A DNA stretch of 64,000 bases from a virus (lineage: Duplodnaviria; Caudoviricetes): positions 288,001 through 352,000 of the IMG/VR virus record IMGVR_UViG_3300015615_000196. One strand, written 5' to 3'. Numbering within the stretch: position 1 is the first letter of the stretch; every line of letters starts with the position of its first letter. Below the pieces are notes generated by a model that made no database searches, was not told the DNA's origin, and saw nothing but the letters and a program-made list of their open reading frames with translations. Shown here piece after piece: positions 27,920 to 38,346 of this stretch. The position numbers were made by a program, and so were the translations under genes.

Positions 27920-28321
27920 TTGGATAATATGGAAGCCGAGAAAAGAATTGCAGAGATCGACAAGGAAACTTCCGATCTACACCAGACCTTGAATAAGATG
28001 GATAATGAAGATCATCCTGACGATTCAGATTTTGATGGCTACGAAAAACGTAGGGAACCCGTGTGGGCGAAGATCGGTGCACTGAGCAGGGAGAAACGAT
28101 TGATCATGACTCCCACATTCAGAGAACTTCCCACTTACGGTGACGTAATGTCTTTGAAGCAATTCATATCCTGTGTGAAGTCAGGTGGATTCATCGACTA
28201 CGATGGACATGGTTGCTATGTGAAAGATGGCAAGGCAACGGACATTAACATCTATCCGAGTGATCATCACTACAAGTCCATCCGTAAAGACTTTGACACA
28301 ATCATTTGGTTCAATCGATGA
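27920..28321 (+). CDS. hypothetical phage protein
   Basis: GGFIDYDGHG...WFNR pattern. Confidence 0.7.
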   Translation: MDNMEAEKRIAEIDKETSDLHQTLNKMDNEDHPDDSDFDGYEKRREPVWAKIGALSREKRLIMTPTFRELPTYGDVMSLKQFISCVKSGGFIDYDGHGCYVKDGKATDINIYPSDHHYKSIRKDFDTIIWFNR

Positions 28322-28893
28322 AACGACTGGCATTAATTTCAATCTTCTTTCTTGCATTCACAGGAATAGAGACTAAGACCCTGATCATCGGGGATAGCAT
28401 TAGTGTCTATGCAAATGGTTGGCAGGATGTTCTTTGTAAGGACAAGAAGCTGAATTGTACCAACATTGCCAAAGGTGGAATGAAGACCGACTGGATGGTT
28501 AAAACACTCAAGGCACACTTGAAGACAAACCACAGCTACAGTCAGGTAATCATCTACGGTGGCATCAACGACATATTCTCTTATGTACCTGCTGATTCAG
28601 TTGTGAAGAACGTGGAGAGAATGGTTGCCCTTTGCAAGCAATACAAAATAAAGCCAATTGTGATCATCGGATACGATCCGAATACGATCATTCATAATTC
28701 ATGGGTAACTGATCGTGCACTGGAAACAAAACTACGTAACAACTACGTGGAGTATCAGAGACGTTTGATGAACGTACAAGGTGCTGAGATCATTCCAATG
28801 GTTCCTACTACCGAAGCGGATTCAGGAGACGGTATTCATTTGAGCCGTCAAGGTCATAAGACTTTTGCTGAATACTTCGCCAATTACTTTTAA
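28318..28893 (+). CDS. SGNH/GDSL hydrolase with signal peptide
   Basis: IGDSIS, GG, GGIND, DGIHL. Confidence 0.88.
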   Translation: MKRLALISIFFLAFTGIETKTLIIGDSISVYANGWQDVLCKDKKLNCTNIAKGGMKTDWMVKTLKAHLKTNHSYSQVIIYGGINDIFSYVPADSVVKNVERMVALCKQYKIKPIVIIGYDPNTIIHNSWVTDRALETKLRNNYVEYQRRLMNVQGAEIIPMVPTTEADSGDGIHLSRQGHKTFAEYFANYF

Positions 28894-29342
28894 GAAGTCC
28901 AACGAGAATTTAGCTTGTGCCAAGTTCTTCCTTGTAGTCTTTCGTGAGACTCAATACAGTTTTGGCAAGCAGTAACAATCCAACCTTGTGATTGCTGGAC
29001 GTTTTGATTCGATCCACAAAACTCACAAGTTCTGTATGAAAGAGTTGAAGCGAAGTTGATTAGTTCGTGAACAACATCGTCAGCACCATCACAGTAAACA
29101 CGAAGCCCACCAAATTTTTCTTTGATCTGAGCAATGCAGAATCCTTCCGGCACACCTTTGTGTTTGTGCTTGAAGTAGCTGTCGATGTGATCGAGCAGTT
29201 GTTCGAGAATTTCATACCAGCCATCACCACATTCGAATCCGAACATAGCGAATGCTCTCCTGTCTTCTGATGTGAATAGGTGTTCGTATTTGACACGAAG
29301 GTAATCGTAACCTTCAAGATGTCCTGTGCTTCCTGTTGCCAT
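28890..29342 (-). CDS. conserved phage protein
   Basis: ECGDGW, QIKEKFGGLR, CEFCG. Confidence 0.8.
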   Translation of the reverse strand: MATGSTGHLEGYDYLRVKYEHLFTSEDRRAFAMFGFECGDGWYEILEQLLDHIDSYFKHKHKGVPEGFCIAQIKEKFGGLRVYCDGADDVVHELINFASTLSYRTCEFCGSNQNVQQSQGWIVTACQNCIESHERLQGRTWHKLNSRWTS

Positions 29343-29388
29343 AATAGCAAAGATAGAAAAGTTTCAGAGAAAACAAAACTTAATTAGG

Positions 29389-29790
29389 TTATTGCCATTG
29401 TTGGTTGGGGCCACCACCGTAATCTACCATGACCTGACGACCATCCAGCATCCCGTAGTTCCCCGGCTTGTGATCTCCACAAACCTTAAATAAGTTTTCG
29501 ATGGGCTTCCAGTTTTCGCGATCTACTGGTTCTGTTCGTTTCATGATAAGTAACCAACCGCCCCATGAACACCAGAGGACAGGACACAAATGTTCCTTAG
29601 TGTCTTCTAATGCAGTGTGAGGAATATTTGCAATGACCCAAACCATCTTCTCTTCCATATTGGCGAGAAGACCACGAAGGAAATGATTCCAGATGAAAGG
29701 CTTGGGAATTTTGAATGCGTAATTGCCGACCAGTATAACCAGTCGAGTTACGCCTGTGGTAATAAGCTGAATGTTTCTGGTCTTGCCCAT
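29389..29790 (-). CDS. minimal protein-kinase-like protein
   Basis: G.TR.V...YAFK, D.KPGNYG, VDYG. Confidence 0.6.
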   Translation of the reverse strand: MGKTRNIQLITTGVTRLVILVGNYAFKIPKPFIWNHFLRGLLANMEEKMVWVIANIPHTALEDTKEHLCPVLWCSWGGWLLIMKRTEPVDRENWKPIENLFKVCGDHKPGNYGMLDGRQVMVDYGGGPNQQWQ

Positions 29791-30026
29791 GTGAGTGTGG
29801 CATCTTCGTCCATGACATAGGCAACCATCACACCGTCCCAATTGTACAGGTGATGAACTTCATACGTCTTTCCCTTTTCAAATGAGTCGTATCTGGTTGT
29901 TGACCATAGACCAATTCCTGATGTTGATCTTTCGGTTTGAATGCAAAGAAGTTTGTCACCTGCTTTAAGTCCAGCAATGACTTCTGTCTTCTGACCGTGA
30001 TTGTCGTAGATTGTTGCTATTCTCAT
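29748..30026 (-). CDS. hypothetical protein
   Basis: ORF in minus-strand block. Confidence 0.6.
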   Translation of the reverse strand: MRIATIYDNHGQKTEVIAGLKAGDKLLCIQTERSTSGIGLWSTTRYDSFEKGKTYEVHHLYNWDGVMVAYVMDEDATLTWARPETFSLLPQA

Positions 30027-30191
30027 GATTTGCGTTCAGTGGATTTGCCGATGAAGTACCCCAATCCAACACCAAGTCCAACGACATACGGAAAATGTAG
30101 AACGTCTCTTATGAAGGTGAGAATTAGAATGGTTACCACAATGGCAATGATTGCTTGGGTTTGAGTAATTTCGTTTTTCATTATGTTCGGT

Positions 30192-30500
30192 TTAGTATAA
30201 GTCTTCACTGTAAAGCGTGACCAATTCTTTCTTGATTTGTCCAGCAGCAAATGCGATCTTGGCAGCTTCCTCACGATCAACAAAACGATTTGTGTTGGTC
30301 AGGAAGCCTTGCTCGTGTTCGCCAGTTGCGTCTTCGGCAAATGTTACTGTACGCAATTTAGAGAGCGTATAGACCGTATTAATGCAATGGCCGTGTCTAT
30401 GACCACAAACAACCGTACCCTTGTCTATATTGACAGGAAGGAAGCGCATGGTAGGTAAATCTGGATACCAGATTGCAGCACACAAAATACGTTCGTCCAT
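30192..30500 (-). CDS. conserved phage protein
   Basis: ILCAAI, G.RH, QGFLT...FVDR.EA, LYSEDLY. Confidence 0.8.
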   Translation of the reverse strand: MDERILCAAIWYPDLPTMRFLPVNIDKGTVVCGHRHGHCINTVYTLSKLRTVTFAEDATGEHEQGFLTNTNRFVDREEAAKIAFAAGQIKKELVTLYSEDLY

Positions 30501-30768
30501 AGAGACGCAAGATAAGTAATTACTCAGACATTCCCAAGACATTGGGAACAGGTATCAAAACCGTTTTCAGCGTCAACGGTATTGACCCGGCATATGCAGC
30601 AACGATAGATACCGTGCTTCTGGTCGTACATTTGTTGGGTGATGAAGTTGGTCTTAGGTACATCAAAGATGTGAGCAATGCCGTGTGCGAAGTAATGTGT
30701 AACGCGATCATTGTCGGTTTTTAGTTCACCGATGATTTTCCCATCCTTATCCAGTATGTAGTAGGTTG

Positions 30769-31392
30769 TCATCTGAATTTTGTTTCGAGAATCTTCTTTA
30801 TCTTCTCAGCATCTTCAAAGCGTTCTTCCTTCAACGCACTTTGCAATTCAGCATTAAGTTGAGTTTCATTCATGCCATCGAATTGATGCTTGACCTTTTC
30901 TTTTTTTATACGTGCTACTTTCCTTTCGGGGAATGCTTCTTCGTATAGCTGTGTCTCTATGCCACCATCAAAATAAAGATCAGCATCGAAATAGAAGCCA
31001 TGAAACATTTTGAAGGGGAATGACACTGCAATTGCAACACACATACCAAAGACATTGGCTACAAGTAAGTGAGCCAATTCGTACATGACGTAGTTGCTAT
31101 TGTACGGGAAGACACGCATGAGCCACATAGTATATCCGAACACAGCAGTGGAAGCGATCCAGTAAGCAACATGAAATCCATTCCTATACCACACGTAGTC
31201 GGCAGTACGATAATGAAAGAGGCACACGTTTACAGGAATGAGAACAAACGAAATTAGAAATGAAGCCAGTGGTATATCGGCAGGAGCGAAGTAATACCAA
31301 GCAACACCGTATGCAATATTGATAGCGATCAAGAATGCTTTCTTGACAATCTCTCGATTCTTCAAATACTTGATCAGCTTATCGTTACTCAT
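30769..31392 (-). CDS. membrane protein with C-terminal UVR-like coil
   Basis: 4 TMs; ALKEERFEDAEKIK. Confidence 0.7.
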   Translation of the reverse strand: MSNDKLIKYLKNREIVKKAFLIAINIAYGVAWYYFAPADIPLASFLISFVLIPVNVCLFHYRTADYVWYRNGFHVAYWIASTAVFGYTMWLMRVFPYNSNYVMYELAHLLVANVFGMCVAIAVSFPFKMFHGFYFDADLYFDGGIETQLYEEAFPERKVARIKKEKVKHQFDGMNETQLNAELQSALKEERFEDAEKIKKILETKFR

Positions 31393-31659
31393 AAGTGTTT
31401 TGTTTTTTCTCTGTTGCCTTTTGAAGACCTTCCCTGACCTTAATGAACTCGTCTCTCACGCCTTCTTCAATTGGTACAACCGAATTAACCAACAGTGGAG
31501 GCATTGCTTCAAAGAATTCACCACAGGCTTCGTAGAAGCGACCGTACATGTTTTGCTCACCGTGATAGTTCTGTGCATTACGGTGCAGTTCTTTCGCTAC
31601 AGCAATACGGAATTTCCGATTGTGTGCAAAGAGACGAATAAGTAAAAGTGCAATGTATT

Positions 31660-31947
31660 TCATATTTCTCCGGTCTTAACAAAATTTTGCAGAATGGGAA
31701 TCAGGGCTTTCACTTGTTCTTGATTCAAGTGCATTCGAGAATCAACATCCCAATTACGGGGAAGTTCGGTTACGATGTACTTGCCCATCGATTCATTTTC
31801 GAAGACCGTGAGTTTCGGTTTGTCGATACCGAGCCAAATGGAAGTATCCATGTTACTCGATTTTTGAATTGAGCACTTGTTACCGTAGGTATCAACGAAC
31901 TCACCTTTCACGAAACCCCTTTGGGTCTTTGATGTCTTGATCTTCAT
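31660..31947 (-). CDS. conserved phage protein
   Basis: RGF...F.D.YG..CSIQKSS, IWLG, RMHL. Confidence 0.75.
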   Translation of the reverse strand: MKIKTSKTQRGFVKGEFVDTYGNKCSIQKSSNMDTSIWLGIDKPKLTVFENESMGKYIVTELPRNWDVDSRMHLNQEQVKALIPILQNFVKTGEI

Positions 31948-32869
31948 GCGTTCTCTGCAAGTTTATGTGCTGCTGCCAAGTACTTACGCTTTGCTTCGTA
32001 TGCTTGGTACTCGGCTTCATTAAGATTGTCAAGTTGTTCTGTGTGCCTTGAGAGCATCATGAACGTAGTTGCAATGAACGCCATTGAGAACGCACCTGTG
32101 CCGAACAGCACGATACAGAAACCACTGTTAAACTTTCCAGTCAGGAACAGTTGAGCAAAATATCCAGTGCCATTGAGGAACCATTCGGCAGAGATCAATG
32201 TCAACATGAGACTTGAAAAAAGCGTAGGGATCAAAAGAATGAACGATACGCGAACTAAGGTTTTCATTTTCATATAACTGCGATTATGTTTTTTGCTGTG
32301 CAAGCTAAACGCATCTTTGGCGTTTCGATTGTGTAGGAATATTCCTTGAACTTGGATACTCGTGTCCCGGAAGGAGAGTGAACGGTAAGTACGTCATTCT
32401 CCAACGTGTAGGGTACAGAGAAACATTCTATTGTACCTGATGCAGTCCAAAGACCACCACGCTTGAACGTACCGTCAGGATTCGTCTCAGCGTAGATTTT
32501 TTCAATCTCCACGATCTTACCCGTGTACTCGTTGTACAGGGAAGGCTTCTTGAGCCGAACGTTTTGTCCTATGGTATGTTTTGGTTCCATTAGTACAGGA
32601 GCATTAAGTCGCGTGATGGGAATGAAATTTTTTCGTCAGGAAACTCGACAGTAACGTAGTCGTACTTACCCAACACTGCATTGTAAGGATAAGGATGCAG
32701 ATAGCGACCTTTCTCGTCCTTTTGAAGAGGACTTACGATCTCAACGATCTTGCCGTAGTTGTGTGCAGGGATTTCTTTTGGATGGCAATGATTCTTCATT
32801 GTCTCCATTGCTTTTGGCGTTATTGCAGCCATATCCCCCACTTTGTACGTTCCTTTTTCCATATGTAGT

Positions 32870-32895
32870 TATACGGAAAAGCAGGGGAAAAGGTT
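32870..32895 (-). promoter_or_regulatory. phage promoter AACCTT-N14-CGTATA
   Basis: motif match. Confidence 0.7.
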
Positions 32896-32902
32896 ATGAA
32901 AA

Positions 32903-33229
32903 TTATGACTTTAAAACGTGCTTGGCGAATGCCTGATTCTTCTCGTGGAGACGTTTTTTCAAAGACTGATAACTCACCCCTGCGTTAAGGGCAATGGCCA
33001 TAATGCACTGTATTGAATCGGCTGCTTCTTCTTCGATATTAGATAAAACTTGAGAATTGGTTTCATCTTTTGATTTTCTTTTTCTGCCGTTGAGTTTGTT
33101 CACACCTTGAGCCAACTCTCCAACTTCTTCTGTAAGTTTGGCAAGGTGCATTGTCATGTTGAGTGACGAATTTTCTGGTTTCTCACTGATAGCGAGAATT
33201 TCTCGTATTTGTTCGTATGCTTTTCTCAT
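32903..33229 (-). CDS. MazG-like nucleotide pyrophosphohydrolase
   Basis: KLTEEVGELA...EEAAD. Confidence 0.8.
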   Translation of the reverse strand: MRKAYEQIREILAISEKPENSSLNMTMHLAKLTEEVGELAQGVNKLNGRKRKSKDETNSQVLSNIEEEAADSIQCIMAIALNAGVSYQSLKKRLHEKNQAFAKHVLKS

Positions 33230-33657
33230 GCTCTACCTTCGATTATTAAATTGAATTGCTCCAAGAGAGCAACGTTTTCGTAGATGTTACCGATCACCTC
33301 AAAACTTTCTTGACGAAAGGATGTGAGTTTTGAATCGTAGAGTGCTGCCATGAAGTCAAGAAAACGGGAAGGACTTTCGAGTGCGAAACACGCTTTCGTT
33401 GGAATGTATTTCACGATGAACGGCATTCCAGTTCCATCTTTCTCGTAGAACATTAGAATGTCCCCTTCGTAGATTTCCTTGTCGTTCTTATCGTTGAACC
33501 CAATGTACTCCATCCAACGTAGTCCATCGAAATATGCAAACGGATTTTGCAGGTCTAATGTCGTTGTGAGTAGTGCTTGCGTTTCGGATGCAGTGATTGC
33601 ATTGTAGATCATTACCTGACCTCTAACATCCCACGCTCTGTATTTAATCGTTCTCAT
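33226..33657 (-). CDS. YopX-family protein
   Basis: IKYRAWD, DKNDKEIYEGDI, EVIGNIYEN. Confidence 0.85.
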   Translation of the reverse strand: MRTIKYRAWDVRGQVMIYNAITASETQALLTTTLDLQNPFAYFDGLRWMEYIGFNDKNDKEIYEGDILMFYEKDGTGMPFIVKYIPTKACFALESPSRFLDFMAALYDSKLTSFRQESFEVIGNIYENVALLEQFNLIIEGRA

Positions 33658-33659
33658 GC

Positions 33660-34295
33660 TTACCAGCTTACAAAGAAATTAGTTGTATCCAACGGATACT
33701 CAGCATCAATCAATTTCAGATACTGATCAACGTCCTTTTTTCCTGTGAGAAAGAAATCAACAACAGTATCATTGGAAATGTTGAAGTGATCACATCTGAG
33801 AATTGTGCGTCTCATTTTCTCACTATCGATTCCGTTTTTTGCTGCGATCTGATAAACAATTTCAAAGAAATTGAATCGCCCACGTTTGTCTTTTTCAGGA
33901 ACGTGACACTTTGGGCAAATGGGTCTGTAGTACATGATTCGTGTACCACCACAATTTGGGCAAATGCTTTTGCCAAGTCGTGCAAGGTGTTGTTCGAAAA
34001 TTTCAGTTGGGTTTTCCCACATGACCAGTCCACCATTGTTGTACTGGTAGTTGAACATGTGTTGCCAGTATTCGGCTTTGGTTGCTGCAAGCGTTCCTTC
34101 TTGCTTCATCAATGTCTGGTAGTCGATAGCCTGAACGTTCTTGATGGCATCCAACAAGATTTGTGGGTCATCGGTGTACTTCACCATTTGGATAAAGAAT
34201 TCTCCGTCCTTCTTGATTACGAAAGGATCACCGTTGGCCTTCTTGAGAAGAATCTCAATGTCAGACTGTAGCTGTTTCTTGCTCACGGGCTTCAT
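33660..34295 (-). CDS. hypothetical Zn-ribbon protein
   Basis: CPNCG...CPKC. Confidence 0.65.
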   Translation of the reverse strand: MKPVSKKQLQSDIEILLKKANGDPFVIKKDGEFFIQMVKYTDDPQILLDAIKNVQAIDYQTLMKQEGTLAATKAEYWQHMFNYQYNNGGLVMWENPTEIFEQHLARLGKSICPNCGGTRIMYYRPICPKCHVPEKDKRGRFNFFEIVYQIAAKNGIDSEKMRRTILRCDHFNISNDTVVDFFLTGKKDVDQYLKLIDAEYPLDTTNFFVSW

Positions 34296-34605
34296 GTTTT
34301 TGCGTGTACTCCTTGTATTCCTTGAGGCGATGCTCGTAGTGTTCCAGCATCACTTCGGACGTGTCGATCATATCCTGAACGTCTTCCTGCTCAGGGTATT
34401 TTTTCGAATGTACCTTCAAGAATGCAAGATGCTCCTTTTCCTTCGCAATCATATTCTGAATGAAGGGAATGAAGTTCTTAACTGTTTCTACATGCGCTTC
34501 CATAGGAACGAATTTTTGTTCAACATAATCTGATACCTCTGAACACTGATCAGATGAAAGGCCAATGTGCCTCATATCTCCGAAAACGTCAGGTGTTTGG
34601 GTACT

Positions 34606-34630
34606 TATACGTAACATAAGTAAAAAGGTT
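34606..34630 (-). promoter_or_regulatory. phage promoter AACCTT-N13-CGTATA
   Basis: motif match. Confidence 0.75.
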
Positions 34631-34638
34631 GTGGGTGA

Positions 34639-35157
34639 TTAATTGCAGTCTTGGAGTGGGTTGTACTTGCGCCAGAACATCCAGCCGTCTTTGGTAAAGA
34701 AACCCCAATCACGAATTACTTTACCAGTGAATACCAGAGTGTGTGCTGGTATGTTTGTACCGTCCAGATTACGTTTGAGTTGAAGGCTATGTTCCCATGA
34801 AGCAGGGCGATACATTATACTTCCGGGTCTGTGGTACTTCACTACTTGTTCACGGCCATCAACACCTGTGGCTCTCTTCACCCATCGACCACTATCTTTT
34901 TGTGTGACGGGAGTTGTTTCGTAATAACCACCTTTGAGGATGATTGTCAGGAAAGGCCAAGGATGATCGTGCGTACACTTCGGATCGGATTCAAGAATTT
35001 GATGGTACTTGATCGAAAACCATTTGCCGAGTGTAAGGAAACTTCTTCTGATCAAATAAGGAACACCGTCTTCTCTCCTGATGACAATGCGTTTGTTAAT
35101 CTCAATTAACTTTTCATTCTCACCAGTGTAGCGTTCGTCTTCATTCGTAGTCTTCAT
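34639..35157 (-). CDS. cupin-like phage protein
   Basis: HDHPW..LT.ILKGGY.E, H, WGF. Confidence 0.7.
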   Translation of the reverse strand: MKTTNEDERYTGENEKLIEINKRIVIRREDGVPYLIRRSFLTLGKWFSIKYHQILESDPKCTHDHPWPFLTIILKGGYYETTPVTQKDSGRWVKRATGVDGREQVVKYHRPGSIMYRPASWEHSLQLKRNLDGTNIPAHTLVFTGKVIRDWGFFTKDGWMFWRKYNPLQDCN

Positions 35158-35322
35158 AGGCTTCGTCATCAAATAAATGTTTGTTCTTTTCGTAGGCTTG
35201 TTTCATGGCTTTTCGAAGTTCTAACATCCCTCTGAAATTTGGGTCTTCCATTAGGTCTTCGACAGTCATTGGTTTTCGTTTGAATCGTAGTCGTGTTAAC
35301 TTGTTTGGATTCACGTAGCAGA

Positions 35323-35823
35323 CTAATCCACCAATCTTTTTGGATATGCTATCATTGCCTGACGTAATATCATATTTTCCCATGTCTTTATATACGCATC
35401 ATTTCGCCAATCAAACCAAACACGCATGAAATCATTGTGTTTAATTTTTCTGAGTTCTCCATTCCAAGGGTCAACGATGTACACACGTTCGGTGTCCACA
35501 TCTACCACAATGCTTGAGTGTCCTTCACCAACATCGTCTCCATAACCAACGGAGAACCAGTCAATGATCACCGGGATTCGGTGATTAACCCAATAGCGTA
35601 AATCTTCAATGGTAGAATTCTCGTAGATTTTTACAGCAAGTCCGTAGGCTTCGAGTGCTTCCTTCATTTGAAGATCATTACACCCGACTTCGTAAGTGTG
35701 ATGGCAACGCTCTGCAATTTCAGATTCAGAGGCTTCTATGCCGTAGTAGTTGAGAACCATTTTTATGACAGCAGGGCCACATAAACTCGGATCGCTTTGA
35801 ACAAAAGATTTAATTTCGAGCAT
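35323..35823 (-). CDS. C39-like cysteine peptidase
   Basis: Q....CGPA, GHSS, VDPW catalytic triad. Confidence 0.8.
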   Translation of the reverse strand: MLEIKSFVQSDPSLCGPAVIKMVLNYYGIEASESEIAERCHHTYEVGCNDLQMKEALEAYGLAVKIYENSTIEDLRYWVNHRIPVIIDWFSVGYGDDVGEGHSSIVVDVDTERVYIVDPWNGELRKIKHNDFMRVWFDWRNDAYIKTWENMILRQAMIAYPKRLVD

Positions 35824-36107
35824 ACGGACACGAAGATAGGGAAATTCCCCGAAGACTCAAATTACGTTTTGATATATTTTATCGCAATGTACGTGCCGAG
35901 AAACCCCCCTAATGCACTGGCAATCACGAACTTGTGATCTTCTGTGTAGGCGATCACCGTGAAAGAGGTGAGCAAACTAATTACCGATCCCCAAATGCTT
36001 GCAGGGAGTGCTTTCTTCTGTGCAGTTTTGATAATGTAAATTGCCCATGCAACGTCTGTTATCATGACGCACGAAAGAATGAGAAGAAATTTGAGCCAAA
36101 AGTTCAT

Positions 36108-36878
36108 TTAAGGTTTTACGAATTTGCTGCCGATGTATAACACTTCTTCTACTTTGTTGAGATCGAACTTTCCATCCGTGCGAACACCTGCTTGCATGTC
36201 GATCCAATATTCATTTACTGTGGAGTAGTCGTGTGATTCGATTTCTGTAATCACTGCTTTGATGTTTGATGGATTGATACCACCAGCGATTCCTTCTTTT
36301 CTCCATTCGTCACGTAACTTCCAACTCTTATTCTCTACACCAAGTCCACCAGAGTTATCGAGAAAGGGAACCATTACGTTCGGTGTTCTGCCTATGTTGT
36401 TCTTCAAAAGAGAAAAGACGTGGTAGCCTTCGTTATTCAATTGAATGATGTACTCAGGGGCTTTACCTTTCTCAATGCTCTTGACGAAATGCTCAATGTT
36501 AAGTTTGTCCCATTCAACTGCAATGTTGACTTGAACACGGTCGAAGTTACCCAAGTCTTCCAGCATGTAGCCGTAGATCGTTTCATTGGGGAACTTGTGT
36601 TCACTGGTTGGATTGTTCAAATCGAATGCAACAGGATCAATTGCGAATGCTCGTGCGTAGTTACCACAGAGGTGCAGTGATTTCTTTACTCCTGTCCCTT
36701 TGAAGACCAATTCATTTATCCATTCGACACTTGGATATTGTGGCTTACCGTAGTTTTTATGTGAAGCAAGTATTGCCCACTCAACAAACGGATACTTTTC
36801 TGAAAGGTAGAGAATGTCATCAATTTCAGCACCGTCATCGACACCTGCAATACCAATGGTTTTCAGTTCTGGTTTCAT
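36108..36878 (-). CDS. TrpF/PRAI-like TIM-barrel protein
   Basis: LHLCG, RVQVN, DNSGGLG, AGGINPSN, WIDMQAGVR. Confidence 0.7.
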   Translation of the reverse strand: MKPELKTIGIAGVDDGAEIDDILYLSEKYPFVEWAILASHKNYGKPQYPSVEWINELVFKGTGVKKSLHLCGNYARAFAIDPVAFDLNNPTSEHKFPNETIYGYMLEDLGNFDRVQVNIAVEWDKLNIEHFVKSIEKGKAPEYIIQLNNEGYHVFSLLKNNIGRTPNVMVPFLDNSGGLGVENKSWKLRDEWRKEGIAGGINPSNIKAVITEIESHDYSTVNEYWIDMQAGVRTDGKFDLNKVEEVLYIGSKFVKP

Positions 36879-37447
36879 TTCTTTTTTTCTTCAAAAGGTA
36901 AATTAAGTTCTATGCGTTTTTGATAAACGGCCAATGTCTCTTTTGTTTTCTTGTTGATGTAGACACGATCTTTCGTGTACGTCCAGTATTTTTCCCAATC
37001 AGGAAACATCAACTTTTGCATCCGAAGATGCTCTTCTCGATCAAAGTCGGAAGACAACGATTGTTCCCCAAATTCCATATGAAATCAACATTGCGAATAC
37101 AAGATATGCAATCAAAGGAAATTCCTCAAATTTGTTTTGAGGATTCTCTCTTGGCATAAGATGTTTCCATATGGCTTTAAGAACGTTCATAGCCAGCAAG
37201 TTTTGCTGCTTGAGGATGAATCAACCAAGTTCTTTGTCTACCGTCTGGTTCTTTGAATGCTTCGTATTCGGACAAGCTAAATGCGAATCCGGCAGCATCA
37301 AACATACCATTGCTCACAATGCAAATAAGATTTGGTTGAAACTCTTTACCGTCTACGATAGTTGCTCCATCATCGACAAGTGCCTTTGCTTTACCAAGAG
37401 GACGGAGTGGTTCTCCTTTGCTGTTTGTGTTAATGTAATATCCCATG

Positions 37448-37882
37448 TTATTGTGTTTTGAATTGATTCGCGTATTGCTCCATACAGTTCACCAGAACAT
37501 TCTCGGTGTAACGAGAAGACATCCATGAAAGATCGTAACCATTTTCTTTGAGTATAGTTCGTGGGTCTTTCACTTCTTTGTGTGCACTGAATGAGATTTG
37601 TAATGGCTGCATCACCGTTCTTTGTCTGCAAGCAGGACAAATGTGAATGTATCGCTTGCCTTGTGGAATGTGAAGGTGACTTGGTGGATTGTGACCGGGA
37701 TGAAGGCAACGTTTCGGCAGATCAATGTCTTCGAAATGTGATTCTTCTTTCTCTTTTTCGTTGATCAGACGATTGATACTTTCTTCGAGATTGTTTTTAA
37801 CGGAACCAATATAATTGGGATCGTCACTGCCAACATATCTTGAAAAGTCGTCAGCTATTTTTTGAGGGGTGTTAAAGTCCAT
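37448..37882 (-). CDS. hypothetical protein
   Basis: C.HPGHNPP...H.CPAC. Confidence 0.6.
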   Translation of the reverse strand: MDFNTPQKIADDFSRYVGSDDPNYIGSVKNNLEESINRLINEKEKEESHFEDIDLPKRCLHPGHNPPSHLHIPQGKRYIHICPACRQRTVMQPLQISFSAHKEVKDPRTILKENGYDLSWMSSRYTENVLVNCMEQYANQFKTQ

Positions 37883-38067
37883 TGGTTTGTCTTTTTTCTT
37901 CTTCGGTCTTAGGTCTCCACCCGACAATTTCTTGACACTTACCAGTGCAGAAACATTGGCCGTTTGTACAGCCTTTTTTAATCGGCACTTCATTTTGATG
38001 TTTGGTGAGTGCATTGTCCATGAACTCATTCATCGTGTAGATGGGATTTTGTTCTTGCTTTTCCATA

Positions 38068-38304
38068 TTACAACGGACACCATTTTGGTGTCTCACTTTC
38101 TTTTCTGATGTTATAGGGACGACAAGCAACCGTAACTGGTTTGAATGGCTGGTGATCAGCAGCGTACTTAGAATTCTTGTCTTCTTTCTTTGGAGTCTTT
38201 GTACATACTACTGCAACGTCATCATCGTTGAACCAGTCCGTAGGGTCTGGATCGGAAATGACCTTGTGAAAAGGGCAGTCAATGCAATTTTCGGGCTTTG
38301 TCAT
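38068..38304 (-). CDS. small Cys-rich protein
   Basis: CIDCP...PKWCP; host-type promoter upstream. Confidence 0.65.
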   Translation of the reverse strand: MTKPENCIDCPFHKVISDPDPTDWFNDDDVAVVCTKTPKKEDKNSKYAADHQPFKPVTVACRPYNIRKESETPKWCPL

Positions 38305-38346
38305 AATTTACCCGACAAAGATAAGCTAAAATTCGATACTACCAAA

